From positions 57,961 to 77,960 of the forward strand of contig DASRGZ010000059.1 in the NCBI GenBank assembly GCA_035650735.1: a stretch of DNA of 20,000 nt. Direction: 5' to 3'. This document shows positions 1 through 8,343 of this stretch, in pieces. The position numbers and the translations under genes were made by a program. The DNA comes from Chthonomonadaceae bacterium (lineage in GTDB: Bacteria; Armatimonadota; Chthonomonadetes; Chthonomonadales; Chthonomonadaceae). Each line of letters starts with the position of its first letter. Position 1 is the first letter of the stretch. The notes under the pieces were generated by a model that did no database searches, was not told the DNA's origin, and saw only the letters and a list, made by a program, of their open reading frames with translations.

Positions 1-1451
1 GGCTGCTTGATGAACTGATGCAGTAGGGTTTCCTGGGTCGGGTTAAACAGAGCAAAGGCTCCTCCGGCAAAGGGCTCATTCTGCCACATGACCGACGTGC
101 CGCCTTCGATGAGGTCGTCTTCCTGGCTTACCTGCGGGTGCAGCCGGGCCAGGTCCTGGACCGCCTCCCGCAGCCGTTCTTCCGGCGACAGATTGCCCCA
201 GACGACCGCATCGCGACCCCAGGTATAGCTGACCAGCAGCACGCCCCGTCCGGTTTCCTGGCTGTGATCGGGATACCAGGTGCTACGGATGGCAAGGTCC
301 GATTCCGTACCGCCGCCGAAGATGTGCTCGTCTTCCTCCCAGAAACGCCGGCGGCATTGCAGCAATATCTTTGCCGAGGCATCGTAGTTGAGCTCTTGAA
401 TGGCGTCTTGCTTGCCATAGGAAAAGCGCTCGATCCCCTCCACATGGCGCAATAGCGGGAACGGGATGGCGATAATGGCATGGTCGCCCTGCACCTGTTT
501 CAGGCTGCCGCTCGTGTCCCGGTAGGTGACGGTTACTTTTTGGGGAGACTGCTCGATAGCCTCCATCTTGGCCCCGAAGTATATTGAGCGCTGGAGCGTG
601 GGCAGAAACGAGCGGGGCAGTTGGTCCATGCCCCCTTTGAGTTCCACCAGGTCCTGGAACGAACCGGTCAGCTTTTCGCGCAGCAGAGAGACGACGGAGT
701 TGTTCAAGCGGGCCTGCTGGTTCTCCACCAGGCCGAACATCTGGATGGCCTCCTCCGACCACTTCGCCTGTTCCAGAAAGCTGCGCGTGGAGTACTTATC
801 GTACTCGGCCACAATCGCTCGCCAGGCCGCTTTGCCCCCGGTTTTCAGGCGCTCGCGCAGCGGGGCGACCGTCTCGTTCCAGAGTTGAGCGGGGGTTTTG
901 CCGCGCTCATCGAAACCTCCCATCGCCCGACGATCTTCCAGGCTGAACCCCAGGCAGCCAGGATTGGCCGTGACTTCGCTCCAGCGGTGCTTCTTGTTGC
1001 GAACGAAGCAGTAGGCGTTGGGATTGGTCATGGTGAAGGGCGCGGTCTCGATTTTCGGGGCGCCGCGCTCCGGGGCGTTGTGCACGTAGGCCAGCGTCAG
1101 CGTATGGGCAGCCGGAATGCGCATTGCACCGGCCTCGGCATAGAGACCGAACGTGAACGGCTCGCGCAAGGTGCGCACGCGCCCTCCGACCCGATCCTGC
1201 GCTTCGATAAGGAGAGGTCTATGCCCTGCCCGCCGCAGTTCGTAGGCGGCCACCAGGCCCGCCATCCCCGCTCCAATCACGATTACGGTTTGAGGATTCG
1301 TGGTCTTTCCCAGCCCCATGCGGACGATCTTGAGCATGTCTTCGTCCTCGAGTTCGGGAATCTCGACACGTCTGGGGGTGCGCGCAAAACAGGGGGTTAC
1401 TGCCATTAAGGAAGCACCGCCCACCAGTTTAAGAAACTCACGCCTGTTCAT
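1..1451 (-). CDS. Tat-exported flavin monoamine oxidase / L-amino-acid oxidase family protein (3' end runs off the window)
   Basis: Manual translation from ATG 1451 (SD AAAGGAG): MNRREFLKLVGGASLMAVTPCFA (twin-arginine signal), VIVIGAGMAGLVAAYEL (GxGxxG FAD-binding), EAQDRVGGRVRT, AEAGAMRIP, and near the edge WQNEPFAGGAFALFNP. An in-frame alternative ATG lies at 1472. Confidence 0.92.
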   Translation of the reverse strand, partial: MNRREFLKLVGGASLMAVTPCFARTPRRVEIPELEDEDMLKIVRMGLGKTTNPQTVIVIGAGMAGLVAAYELRRAGHRPLLIEAQDRVGGRVRTLREPFTFGLYAEAGAMRIPAAHTLTLAYVHNAPERGAPKIETAPFTMTNPNAYCFVRNKKHRWSEVTANPGCLGFSLEDRRAMGGFDERGKTPAQLWNETVAPLRERLKTGGKAAWRAIVAEYDKYSTRSFLEQAKWSEEAIQMFGLVENQQARLNNSVVSLLREKLTGSFQDLVELKGGMDQLPRSFLPTLQRSIYFGAKMEAIEQSPQKVTVTYRDTSGSLKQVQGDHAIIAIPFPLLRHVEGIERFSYGKQDAIQELNYDASAKILLQCRRRFWEEDEHIFGGGTESDLAIRSTWYPDHSQETGRGVLLVSYTWGRDAVVWGNLSPEERLREAVQDLARLHPQVSQEDDLIEGGTSVMWQNEPFAGGAFALFNPTQETLLHQFIKQ

Positions 1452-1468
1452 CGGGTCGCTCCTTTCGT

Positions 1469-2848
1469 TCATCTCACCGCTCCTTTCGTTGGGCCTGATA
1501 GGATTCCTTCCCGCTCTAGGGCTTTCTCACAGGGCTCTACCGTTTTGCCGCCGTCGAGCATGATCGCGACGAGCATATCGCTCATGACATTGACCCCGGA
1601 GCGGCACCGGGCGATGATCCAGTCCACGGGCAGGAGCAACGGCAGGGCGGCCACGATGATGGATTCGGGCAAGCCCGCCGCGCCCAGCACCAACGGCAGG
1701 ACGATCAGTCCCGCTTCGGGAACGCCCGCGACCCCTGCGCCTGCCATGATGGCGGCCAGAACGACGGTGATCTGCTGCGCCACTCCCAGGTCACGGCCAA
1801 TGGCCTGTGCCAGAAACAGGGCGGCCATGGCCTCATAGAGCGTGATGCCATCGTTATTCAGATTGGTTCCGACGCAAGCTGCCAGGCGCGCTGACGCCTC
1901 GGAGACGCCCATCTTCTTCAGACAGCGCAGCGTCACCGGAACCGTCGCTAAGCTGCTGTTGGTGGACAACCCGGTGAGGATGGCATCCAGGCCCTTGTCC
2001 AGGTACGTGCGCGGGGACTTCTTTCCGACGACCCACGCGGCCAGGGGATAGTAGAACAGCGCGTGCACCGCCAGCCCCAACAGCATCACCGCCAGAAACA
2101 CCCACAGGATCTTGAACACGCCCAGTCCAACGCTGCCGACCACCTGCGCCACGACCCCGAGCACGGCCAGGGGGACCGCCAGCACCACCCACTCTAGCAT
2201 CTGGAGCAAAATATGGTAGACCGCTTCGATGAACTTTTCCACCGTCCGGAGGCTATCCAGGCCCTCCTCGCGCTGCCGCTCCTGCACGCGGCGCAGGGCG
2301 GCCCCGGCCAGGAGCCCGATCAGCACGACGGTGATGATGTTGTTGTAGAGAAGCGGCTTCATGAGGCTGCTCGGGACGTAGTAGGAGACGTTTTCCAGGA
2401 AATCTAGGGTGGCTGCCGGCGCCTCGGGGTCGTCCACCTTCCTGTCCTTCATCTGAGGATTGCCTAGCTCGGTGCGGATCTGATCCAGATGGCCGCGCCA
2501 CCGGACGCCGGGCTTGAGGGTGTTCATCAGCAGCAGTCCGATGCACATAGCGACCGAGACATTGACCAGGCAGATCAGGACCAGCTTGCCGCCGCGCCGC
2601 GCCGAGATGCGGGTGCGGGCGAAAGCGTCCAGAATGGCGAACAGCACCAGCGGCACGGCCAGCGTGCGTAATAGCTTGATCACCAGCATCCCCAACCGAC
2701 CCAGGTGCTCGTTCTTGATGCCCAAAGCGATAACGTCCTTGCCGAAGATCGCCCCTAAGCCTGCGCCCAGAAACACGCCGATCAGGACCCGCACGTAGAG
2801 CGGGACGCTGATGCGCTTGCCCGCCGGTTTCTCGCAGAGCTCCATCAT
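1469..2848 (-). CDS. Dicarboxylate/amino acid:cation symporter (DAACS, GltP/DctA-like)
   Basis: Multiple hydrophobic segments; family motifs STNSSLATVPVT, GTNLNNDGITLY, GVAGVP, DWIIARCRSGVNVMSD. Start trimmed to ATG 2848, which follows the SD AAAAGGAGAG. Confidence 0.93.
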   Translation of the reverse strand: MMELCEKPAGKRISVPLYVRVLIGVFLGAGLGAIFGKDVIALGIKNEHLGRLGMLVIKLLRTLAVPLVLFAILDAFARTRISARRGGKLVLICLVNVSVAMCIGLLLMNTLKPGVRWRGHLDQIRTELGNPQMKDRKVDDPEAPAATLDFLENVSYYVPSSLMKPLLYNNIITVVLIGLLAGAALRRVQERQREEGLDSLRTVEKFIEAVYHILLQMLEWVVLAVPLAVLGVVAQVVGSVGLGVFKILWVFLAVMLLGLAVHALFYYPLAAWVVGKKSPRTYLDKGLDAILTGLSTNSSLATVPVTLRCLKKMGVSEASARLAACVGTNLNNDGITLYEAMAALFLAQAIGRDLGVAQQITVVLAAIMAGAGVAGVPEAGLIVLPLVLGAAGLPESIIVAALPLLLPVDWIIARCRSGVNVMSDMLVAIMLDGGKTVEPCEKALEREGILSGPTKGAVR

Positions 2849-2970
2849 GGTCGTCTCTCCTTTTCCCAAGCACTTCGTTTCATGGCAGGGGCCAAGTTCT
2901 ATGGCCGCCGGGTTGGTCTGTTCCGCTTTTTGTGGGTGCCTCTCCCCAAGAAGGGGGACACCGCGTGCTC

Positions 2971-2999
2971 TTGTCAGCAGGGCGCATTGCGCGTATAAT
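2971..2999 (+). promoter_or_regulatory. sigma70-type promoter for the HTH-TPR gene
   Basis: TTGTCA (2971-2976), 17 nt spacer, TATAAT (2994-2999). Confidence 0.7.
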
Positions 3000-3035
3000 A
3001 TGTCCGCAAGGGAGCGGCGTGCCTCTCTGGAAGCC

Positions 3036-3063
3036 ATTATAAGAGGAAGTGCGCGGGAAACAA
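3036..3063 (-). promoter_or_regulatory. Candidate sigma70-type promoter for the symporter-oxidase operon
   Basis: Minus strand TTGTTT (3063-3058), 16 nt spacer, TATAAT (3041-3036). Confidence 0.5.
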
Positions 3064-3143
3064 GGGCATGATAAGCCGTTTTAGCTAACTCGTCTTCTCG
3101 TAGCTTATCGTGCGGCCTGGAGAGGGTACGAGGAGGAATGCGC

Positions 3144-4841
3144 ATGGAAGCACAGGACCCGTGCCAGAGCCGGCAGCGGGGCGGCAGTGTAGTTCCCGGT
3201 CCCGAGGTGGTCGAAGCCATCCATCTCTGGCTGGGCCAGAAGCGGGAGGATGGGCGGCAGCGCACACGGATGGATCTGGCTCTCCTTTCGGGATTAGGCG
3301 AGTCGACTATCAAGAAGATCCTCAACCGCGAACCGGTCCGGCTGGAGACGCTTCATCGTGTGTGCGAGACGGTAGATTTTAAGCTAAGACCAAAGCACTA
3401 CGCAAAGGTCCTGGTTCCCCCGGACGATCCACCTCATGAGACCACCGAGCAAGCCTTCGGTGCCCACGGCCAAGAAGAGGTTCCTGGAGCGGCAGAGAAT
3501 ACGGCCCCGCCGCTCCCGCCGAAGGCATCGAACGCCGGCCCTGCGGCTTTGCCTTCGCGCCGTGCCTTCTTGCTGACTTCGATGGGCGTCGGGGGTCTGG
3601 CTTTCGGTGGCGGGTATTTGGCGGCGCGCCTCGACATTCCTGACGAGTACGAGCAGCAGACTCAGAAGGCCCATTTTATAATGGGAGAGCGCAGCGAGGC
3701 GGCCATTCGTGAGGCCGGGGAACTCTATGAGGCGGCCCGGCAGCGTGAGCCGAAACGTCCCCAAGCCTACCTGGGGCTCGCCACCTCTCTCAGTCTTTTG
3801 CGCTACTACGGTTATGAGCCCAACTACCACTACGACCCGGCTAGCGGGCGCAAAAGCAGCATCGCTCTAGAGGCGGATAAGGTAGGCTCCTGGCTGCGGA
3901 AGGCGGAACAGTACAGCCGTAACGATGAACTGGCCCTGTGTCAATTCTATACGTTACGCGCCTGGGTGAACCTGCTGCGTTGGGAGATGAATAATAGCGG
4001 CAGTGACTTCGATATCGCTCTCCTTCATGAGAACAACTTGCCCGCCCGCGACCCGCACAGCCCAGCCTCCCAGTATGCGACCCTGCATCAATGGTACTCG
4101 CTCTTTTTGATCATTAAAAATCAGCGCACCAGCGACTTTTACGAGAGCTTTACCGAGATTGGCCGCGCGGAAGGGATCGCGCCAAAGGAGCCGGTCATCC
4201 CCAAAAGCCTGGCGCAACGGTTCTACTATGCGAAGGCGTACGAAACCGCCCTCAAAAAGCTGAGCGCTTTAGTTGGAAAGGAGGCCGACAATCCTTTGGT
4301 TCATTACTGGCTGGGGCTGGCCTATGAGCAGCTGGCCCTTCAGCACCGCCACAGCCTGCCGGAGAACCGGAAAACAGAGCAAGACTATTTCACGCAGGCT
4401 CGCAATCATCTCGCTTATGCCAGTAATGCGAACCAATTCGGGCATGAAGACTATAATATGCTGGGCGCCTATATCCACGCTTGCGCGATCTCAGGCGATC
4501 TTAAGACCGCTCAGCCGCAATGGGATAACCTGAAAAGCCGGCGCGAGGCATGGACGACCTGGGAAGCGCAGGGGCAGAAGGTTGCCCCGCCCCCCAGCTA
4601 TGTTTCACCGGCTGCACTCTCCATTGCCGCCATCGGTCTCTATGACGCAACCCATCAGCCGACCTGGCGGGATAAAGCATTCGATTATTTACGAGATAAA
4701 GCCTTGGGTTATTTAGAAGATGCTGAGCAGGAGTATTGTAGCGATATGCTGTTCCTGTCACTGGAACCACGCTACGAGAGTCTGCGTAAGGAGCCCCGCT
4801 TCGTGCAGCTTCAAAACCGAATGAGTCGTGTCTGGGCCTGA
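3144..4841 (+). CDS. Putative membrane-anchored regulator: N-terminal XRE/Cro-like HTH, RR-motif plus TM segment, TPR domain
   Basis: TRMDLALLSGLGESTIKKILNREPVRLETLHRVC (Cro/C1 HTH-like); SRRAFLLTSMGVGGLAFGGGYL; TPR-like AYLGLA and VHYWLGLAYEQ; C-terminal LEPRYESLRKEPRFVQL. ATG 3144 is 7 nt after AGGAGG, whereas ATG 3138 is too close to it. Confidence 0.75.
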   Translation: MEAQDPCQSRQRGGSVVPGPEVVEAIHLWLGQKREDGRQRTRMDLALLSGLGESTIKKILNREPVRLETLHRVCETVDFKLRPKHYAKVLVPPDDPPHETTEQAFGAHGQEEVPGAAENTAPPLPPKASNAGPAALPSRRAFLLTSMGVGGLAFGGGYLAARLDIPDEYEQQTQKAHFIMGERSEAAIREAGELYEAARQREPKRPQAYLGLATSLSLLRYYGYEPNYHYDPASGRKSSIALEADKVGSWLRKAEQYSRNDELALCQFYTLRAWVNLLRWEMNNSGSDFDIALLHENNLPARDPHSPASQYATLHQWYSLFLIIKNQRTSDFYESFTEIGRAEGIAPKEPVIPKSLAQRFYYAKAYETALKKLSALVGKEADNPLVHYWLGLAYEQLALQHRHSLPENRKTEQDYFTQARNHLAYASNANQFGHEDYNMLGAYIHACAISGDLKTAQPQWDNLKSRREAWTTWEAQGQKVAPPPSYVSPAALSIAAIGLYDATHQPTWRDKAFDYLRDKALGYLEDAEQEYCSDMLFLSLEPRYESLRKEPRFVQLQNRMSRVWA

Positions 4842-4964
4842 AATAGCCCTTGAAAAGCCGGACGGTTACGACAGTGCGGTTGACAGCAAAGAGGCTAGTT
4901 TTGGGAAGGGTAAGGTACTCTATTGGCTTAAAATTGCAGATACGGAGAATTGTTAGGAGGAGCT

Positions 4965-5897
4965 ATGGCAACCCACCACTTTACCCCCGAACGCTACTAT
5001 ACCGCGATGGGAACCTATGAGTCCGTGCTGCGGATCGCCGACGGTGATACGGTCTTCACCACGACGGTAGACGCAGGCGGACAGGACGCCTCCGGCAAGA
5101 AGGTCACCCCAGGCGGAAACCCGCAGACGGGGCCTTTCTACATCGAAGGCGCGGAACCGGGCGATATGTTGGCCGTCCATTTCGACCGGCTCTGGCCCAA
5201 TCGGCGGATCGGATATACCTCTACCCAACTGGCTTCGAACGTCGTCGATCCCTGGCACGTCTTTGAGTTCAGCCGCGAACCGCCGATGGCCGCATGGGAG
5301 CTTGACCTGGAACGGGGCACGGCCACGCTGGCCAAGCCGGAAACAAAGCTCGGACGGCTGACGCTGCCCCTGCGTCCGATGCTGGGCTGCTTCGGGGTGG
5401 CCCCGCCCGGCGGCCAGGCGATCTCGACAGCTACCTCCGCCACGCACGGCGGCAATATGGACTACAAAGGCTTCGAGCAGGGCGTGACCGTCTACTTCCC
5501 CGTCTTTGTCGAAGGCGCGCTGCTGTTTGTAGGGGATGGGCACGCCATCCAGGGCGACGGCGAGATCGTGGGAACGGGCATCGAGGTTTCCTTCGATGTC
5601 CAGTTTACGGTGAAGCTGCGGAAAGGCAAGCGCATCCACTGGCCGCGCGCCGAAAATGCTACACACATCATTGCCGTCGGCAACGCCCGCCCGCTGGATC
5701 AGGCGCTTCAACATGCCACCTCGGAGATGGTGCGCTGGCTTGAGGACGACTACGGCCTGGACCCGGTCGGCACGCATACACTGCTGGGGCAGTGCGTGGA
5801 ATACGAAGTCGGCAACGTTTTCGACCCGGCCTACACGATGGTGTGCAAGGTCTCCAAAAAGCTGCTGGAGCAGATCGGGGCCAACGCCGCACCCTAG
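4965..5897 (+). CDS. Acetamidase/formamidase family protein
   Basis: NPQTGPFYIEGAEPGDMLAV, HGGNMD, GDGHAIQGDGEIVGTGIE motifs; SD AGGAGG before ATG 4965. Confidence 0.93.
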   Translation: MATHHFTPERYYTAMGTYESVLRIADGDTVFTTTVDAGGQDASGKKVTPGGNPQTGPFYIEGAEPGDMLAVHFDRLWPNRRIGYTSTQLASNVVDPWHVFEFSREPPMAAWELDLERGTATLAKPETKLGRLTLPLRPMLGCFGVAPPGGQAISTATSATHGGNMDYKGFEQGVTVYFPVFVEGALLFVGDGHAIQGDGEIVGTGIEVSFDVQFTVKLRKGKRIHWPRAENATHIIAVGNARPLDQALQHATSEMVRWLEDDYGLDPVGTHTLLGQCVEYEVGNVFDPAYTMVCKVSKKLLEQIGANAAP

Positions 5898-6073
5898 CCC
5901 CTCAGCCGGTTTGCGGGAGGACGGCGGTACCTCGCCCTCCTCTTTTTCTATAGCCTCAAATCCATCCAAAGTCCGATACCGTCGCCAGATTTTGCCCGTC
6001 TTATCCTTACCTGCGACGATGGCAGCGTCCTTCGGCGCCCATTGACGCAGGGTTATTCAGTTTTCTCCTATGG

Positions 6074-6230
6074 CCCTCACCCCCTGCCCCACTGCCAGGG
6101 TCGGGCCTACAACAGTTCGGCCCTCCGCCTAGCGACCCCTGCGGGGATACCCAACAGCCTCCCGAACGGTGGTGTCCGCGTAGGCGGACACTAGGCGGAA
6201 CGCCACACAGCGAAGGGCTTTAGCCGGTCG
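6074..6230. repeat. REP mosaic: REP half-arm, 45-bp mini-element (6091-6135), GTCCGCGTAGGCGGAC-type palindrome (6172-6191)
   Basis: CCCTCACCCCCTGCCCC is followed by ACTGCCAGGGTCGGGCCTACAACAGTTCGGCCCTCCGCCTAGCGA, which is near-identical to 8362-8406 and 13494-13538. Hairpin GTGTCCGC-GTAG-GCGGACAC. Confidence 0.8.
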
Positions 6231-6289
6231 AAAACAAGTGTTCGCCCTTGAACCTCACAGAGGCGGGGGCGAGCGCGGCGCGTGAGGCG

Positions 6290-6649
6290 CTATGCCGACG
6301 TGATCACCTCAAGCCAGTCTGCTCCCAGCAGCACGCAGGCGGAAAGGCAGTCGTGGGTCTGCGGTTGGGAGGAGTAGAACATGGTGATCCCGTCCGGATT
6401 GAGCGGTCCCGGCGTGCGGATCTCGTGGCGGCGGCCCCCTCCTCGGTGAGAGTAGAGAACGACGGTCCAGCCTTGCGCGCAGGCAAGCTGAATGCCCTGA
6501 TAGAGCCTGGCGGCGGCGCGTTTCATCTCCATCAGGGCCGCGTCCTGCTCCTCTTTGTGCTCGTCAGGAACGAGCAGAAAGTCGCGGAAGGCGCTCTTGA
6601 GCTTCAGCAGCAGAGCAAAGAGGTTATCGCCCCAGGCCTTGTCTTCCAT
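6290..6649 (-). CDS. Hypothetical protein (119 aa)
   Basis: Natural-looking composition with an amphipathic N-terminal helix; fills the gap between repeat blocks; no family recognised. Confidence 0.6.
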   Translation of the reverse strand: MEDKAWGDNLFALLLKLKSAFRDFLLVPDEHKEEQDAALMEMKRAAARLYQGIQLACAQGWTVVLYSHRGGGRRHEIRTPGPLNPDGITMFYSSQPQTHDCLSACVLLGADWLEVITSA

Positions 6650-6733
6650 CTTTGCTCACCGTGGCCACACCGAATACGGCCATAGGACGGGCGGAGCCAG
6701 TCGAAAGTTCCCTGCGCTCTGCCTCTTTTCCGC

Positions 6734-6791
6734 TTGGGGGCCGCAGGAGGATTATCTATCCCATCGCTAAAGCGCGTGGGCTTTTCGTCCC
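6734..6791. repeat. Left arm of a 58-bp inverted repeat flanking the ligD phosphoesterase gene
   Basis: Reverse complement matches 7343-7400 at 51/58 positions (manual alignment); contains the internal hairpin CCCATCGC-TAAA-GCGCGTGGG. Confidence 0.85.
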
Positions 6792-6817
6792 CCTGCGCCC
6801 TCTGGATTCTATAAGCC

Positions 6818-7324
6818 ATGCCCAACTCACCGCCGATCTTCGTGATTCAGAAGCACGCGGCCCGTCGCCTGCATTACGATTTCCGCCTGGAGGTCGAGGG
6901 CGTGCTCAAATCGTGGGCCGTCCCCAAAGGCCCCTCCCTGAATCCGCACGAGAAGCGGCTGGCTATCGAAGTCGAGGATCACGCGCTGGCCTACGGGGAC
7001 TTTGAGGGCATCATTGCCGAGGGATATGGGGCCGGAGCGGTGCTGGTCTGGGATAAAGGCACCTACCGGAATCTGGCTGAGGAAGAGGGCACGCCCGTTT
7101 CCATGTCCCAGGCCCTCGCGAATGGACGCGCCTTCTTCTGGCTGGAGGGGAAGAAGCTGCGGGGCGGCTACACGCTCACCCGCTTCGGCAAACCGGCGGA
7201 TAAGCGCTGGCTGCTGGTGAAGGCTCTGGACGCAGAGGCCGATTTTGGGAGCGACCCGCTGATCGAGCAGCCCGCCTCGGTGCTCACAGGCCGTACCCTC
7301 GAAGAGATCGCCGCATCGAAATAG
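6818..7324 (+). CDS. Stand-alone DNA ligase D 3'-phosphoesterase domain protein
   Basis: FVIQKHAARRLHYDFRLE, LKSWAVPKGPS, KRLAIEVEDHALAYGDFEG, YGAGAVLVWDKGTY; no ligase or polymerase domain. Confidence 0.95.
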   Translation: MPNSPPIFVIQKHAARRLHYDFRLEVEGVLKSWAVPKGPSLNPHEKRLAIEVEDHALAYGDFEGIIAEGYGAGAVLVWDKGTYRNLAEEEGTPVSMSQALANGRAFFWLEGKKLRGGYTLTRFGKPADKRWLLVKALDAEADFGSDPLIEQPASVLTGRTLEEIAASK

Positions 7325-7342
7325 TTACCGATTTGGGGTGCC

Positions 7343-7400
7343 GGGGCGCAAAGCCCACACGCTTTAGCGGTGGGATGGAAAATCCTCCTGCGGCTCCCAA
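7343..7400. repeat. Right arm of the 58-bp inverted repeat flanking the ligD phosphoesterase gene
   Basis: GGGGCGCAAAGCCCACACGCTTTAGCGGTGGGATGGAAAATCCTCCTGCGGCTCCCAA, an inverted copy of 6734-6791. Confidence 0.85.
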
Positions 7401-7407
7401 TCAGTCA

Positions 7408-8262
7408 TCACTCGTAGCCTGCTAAGTCCACTTCTTCCCAGGTTATGGGGCGATGGTCTGCGTCCGGCACGACCCGGTTCTTCCGAAAGATGCGGCGCGC
7501 GGCCTCCGGCCAGGAATCCCAGGTAGACTGTGGAATGGTGATGGATAGCGAGGCAAGCCAGCCGCGCTGATAGACGATGGCAAACATGGCGCGCGGGTAG
7601 TCGGCCCTATTGGGCGTTCCCCGGTGCCAGCAGCGCAGGTCTCGCAACGCAAACGATCCGGCGGGCAGATTCAGGCGGACCGAAGGCAGGTTAGCGGCCC
7701 GCGCCTCAAGTCGGTTCGCCTCTTCCGATAGGGAATCCACGATGAGGTGGGTTCCCGGCCAGAACTCCGTGCTGCCGTTCTCCTCGGTGAAGTCACAGAG
7801 GGGGACGTTGAGCACCAGAGAAACCGGTGGATGCGGCACGCTCATCTCCGTGCCAAACAGCGGGCTACTGTCGCGGTGGATAGGCTGGTACTCCGAGCCG
7901 GGGAAGGCAGTATTGGTGTGGTAGAAGGAGCACTGCAAGCCCGGGCCGAGCAATTCCTTCATGATCTGGACGGCGACAGGATGGGCCGCGATTCGCGCAT
8001 CGGCCAGCGGCAGGGTGAGCGGCGGAAAGAAGCCGATATGGTTTTTGCCAAAAGTCCGGCCTTCCAGCGCGGCCAGGCCGCCTCGCGCCGCAAGAAAACG
8101 ATCTAGCTCCGCTTCGTAGGCGGCGCGGACTTTGGCGATAAAGTCTCGGTCGTAAGCGTTTTCCAGGACAACCAGTCCCGTATCCTGAAACGTTCGTACC
8201 GCCTCGGCCAGCCGGGCGGACTCCAACTGTCCCTGTTCCAATTCCTCAGCCGAAAGTTTCAC
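7408..8262 (-). CDS. Phytanoyl-CoA dioxygenase (PhyH) family Fe(II)/2-oxoglutarate dioxygenase
   Basis: HxD motif QPIHRD, ENGSTEFWPGTH, distal His in RCWHRGTPN; GTG start. Confidence 0.9.
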   Translation of the reverse strand: MKLSAEELEQGQLESARLAEAVRTFQDTGLVVLENAYDRDFIAKVRAAYEAELDRFLAARGGLAALEGRTFGKNHIGFFPPLTLPLADARIAAHPVAVQIMKELLGPGLQCSFYHTNTAFPGSEYQPIHRDSSPLFGTEMSVPHPPVSLVLNVPLCDFTEENGSTEFWPGTHLIVDSLSEEANRLEARAANLPSVRLNLPAGSFALRDLRCWHRGTPNRADYPRAMFAIVYQRGWLASLSITIPQSTWDSWPEAARRIFRKNRVVPDADHRPITWEEVDLAGYE

Positions 8263-8309
8263 CAGGATTTCACCTTATGATAAACGAAATTATGGCCCTG
8301 CCAGATTAC

Positions 8310-8336
8310 GAGCCGGGTCGTTTATCGGCCCGGCTC
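8310..8336. repeat. Palindromic hairpin (REP-like)
   Basis: GAGCCGGGTCG-TTTAT-CGGCCCGGCTC, an 11-bp stem with one G-T pair. Confidence 0.55.
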
Positions 8337-8343
8337 TGCTTAA

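Noticed and set aside
621..1409. 262-aa plus-strand ORF and other long antisense ORFs (4953-5969, 14480-15349, 15410-16336, 17298-18188, 19037-19936)
   Set aside because: Shadow ORFs opposite well-supported genes, as expected in high-GC DNA.
2850..3030. Possible amino-acid riboswitch in the symporter leader
   Set aside because: No recognisable glycine, lysine, glutamine or T-box consensus.
2849..3325. N-terminal extension of the 618-aa symporter ORF
   Set aside because: It overlaps the divergent gene and both promoters; a strong SD precedes ATG 2848.
5898..6057. Minus-strand protein-like fragment ITLRQWAPKDAAIVAGKDKTGKIWRRYRTLDGFEAIEK
   Set aside because: No convincing start or SD, and the frame runs on antisense into the acetamidase gene; it could be a remnant but cannot be supported.
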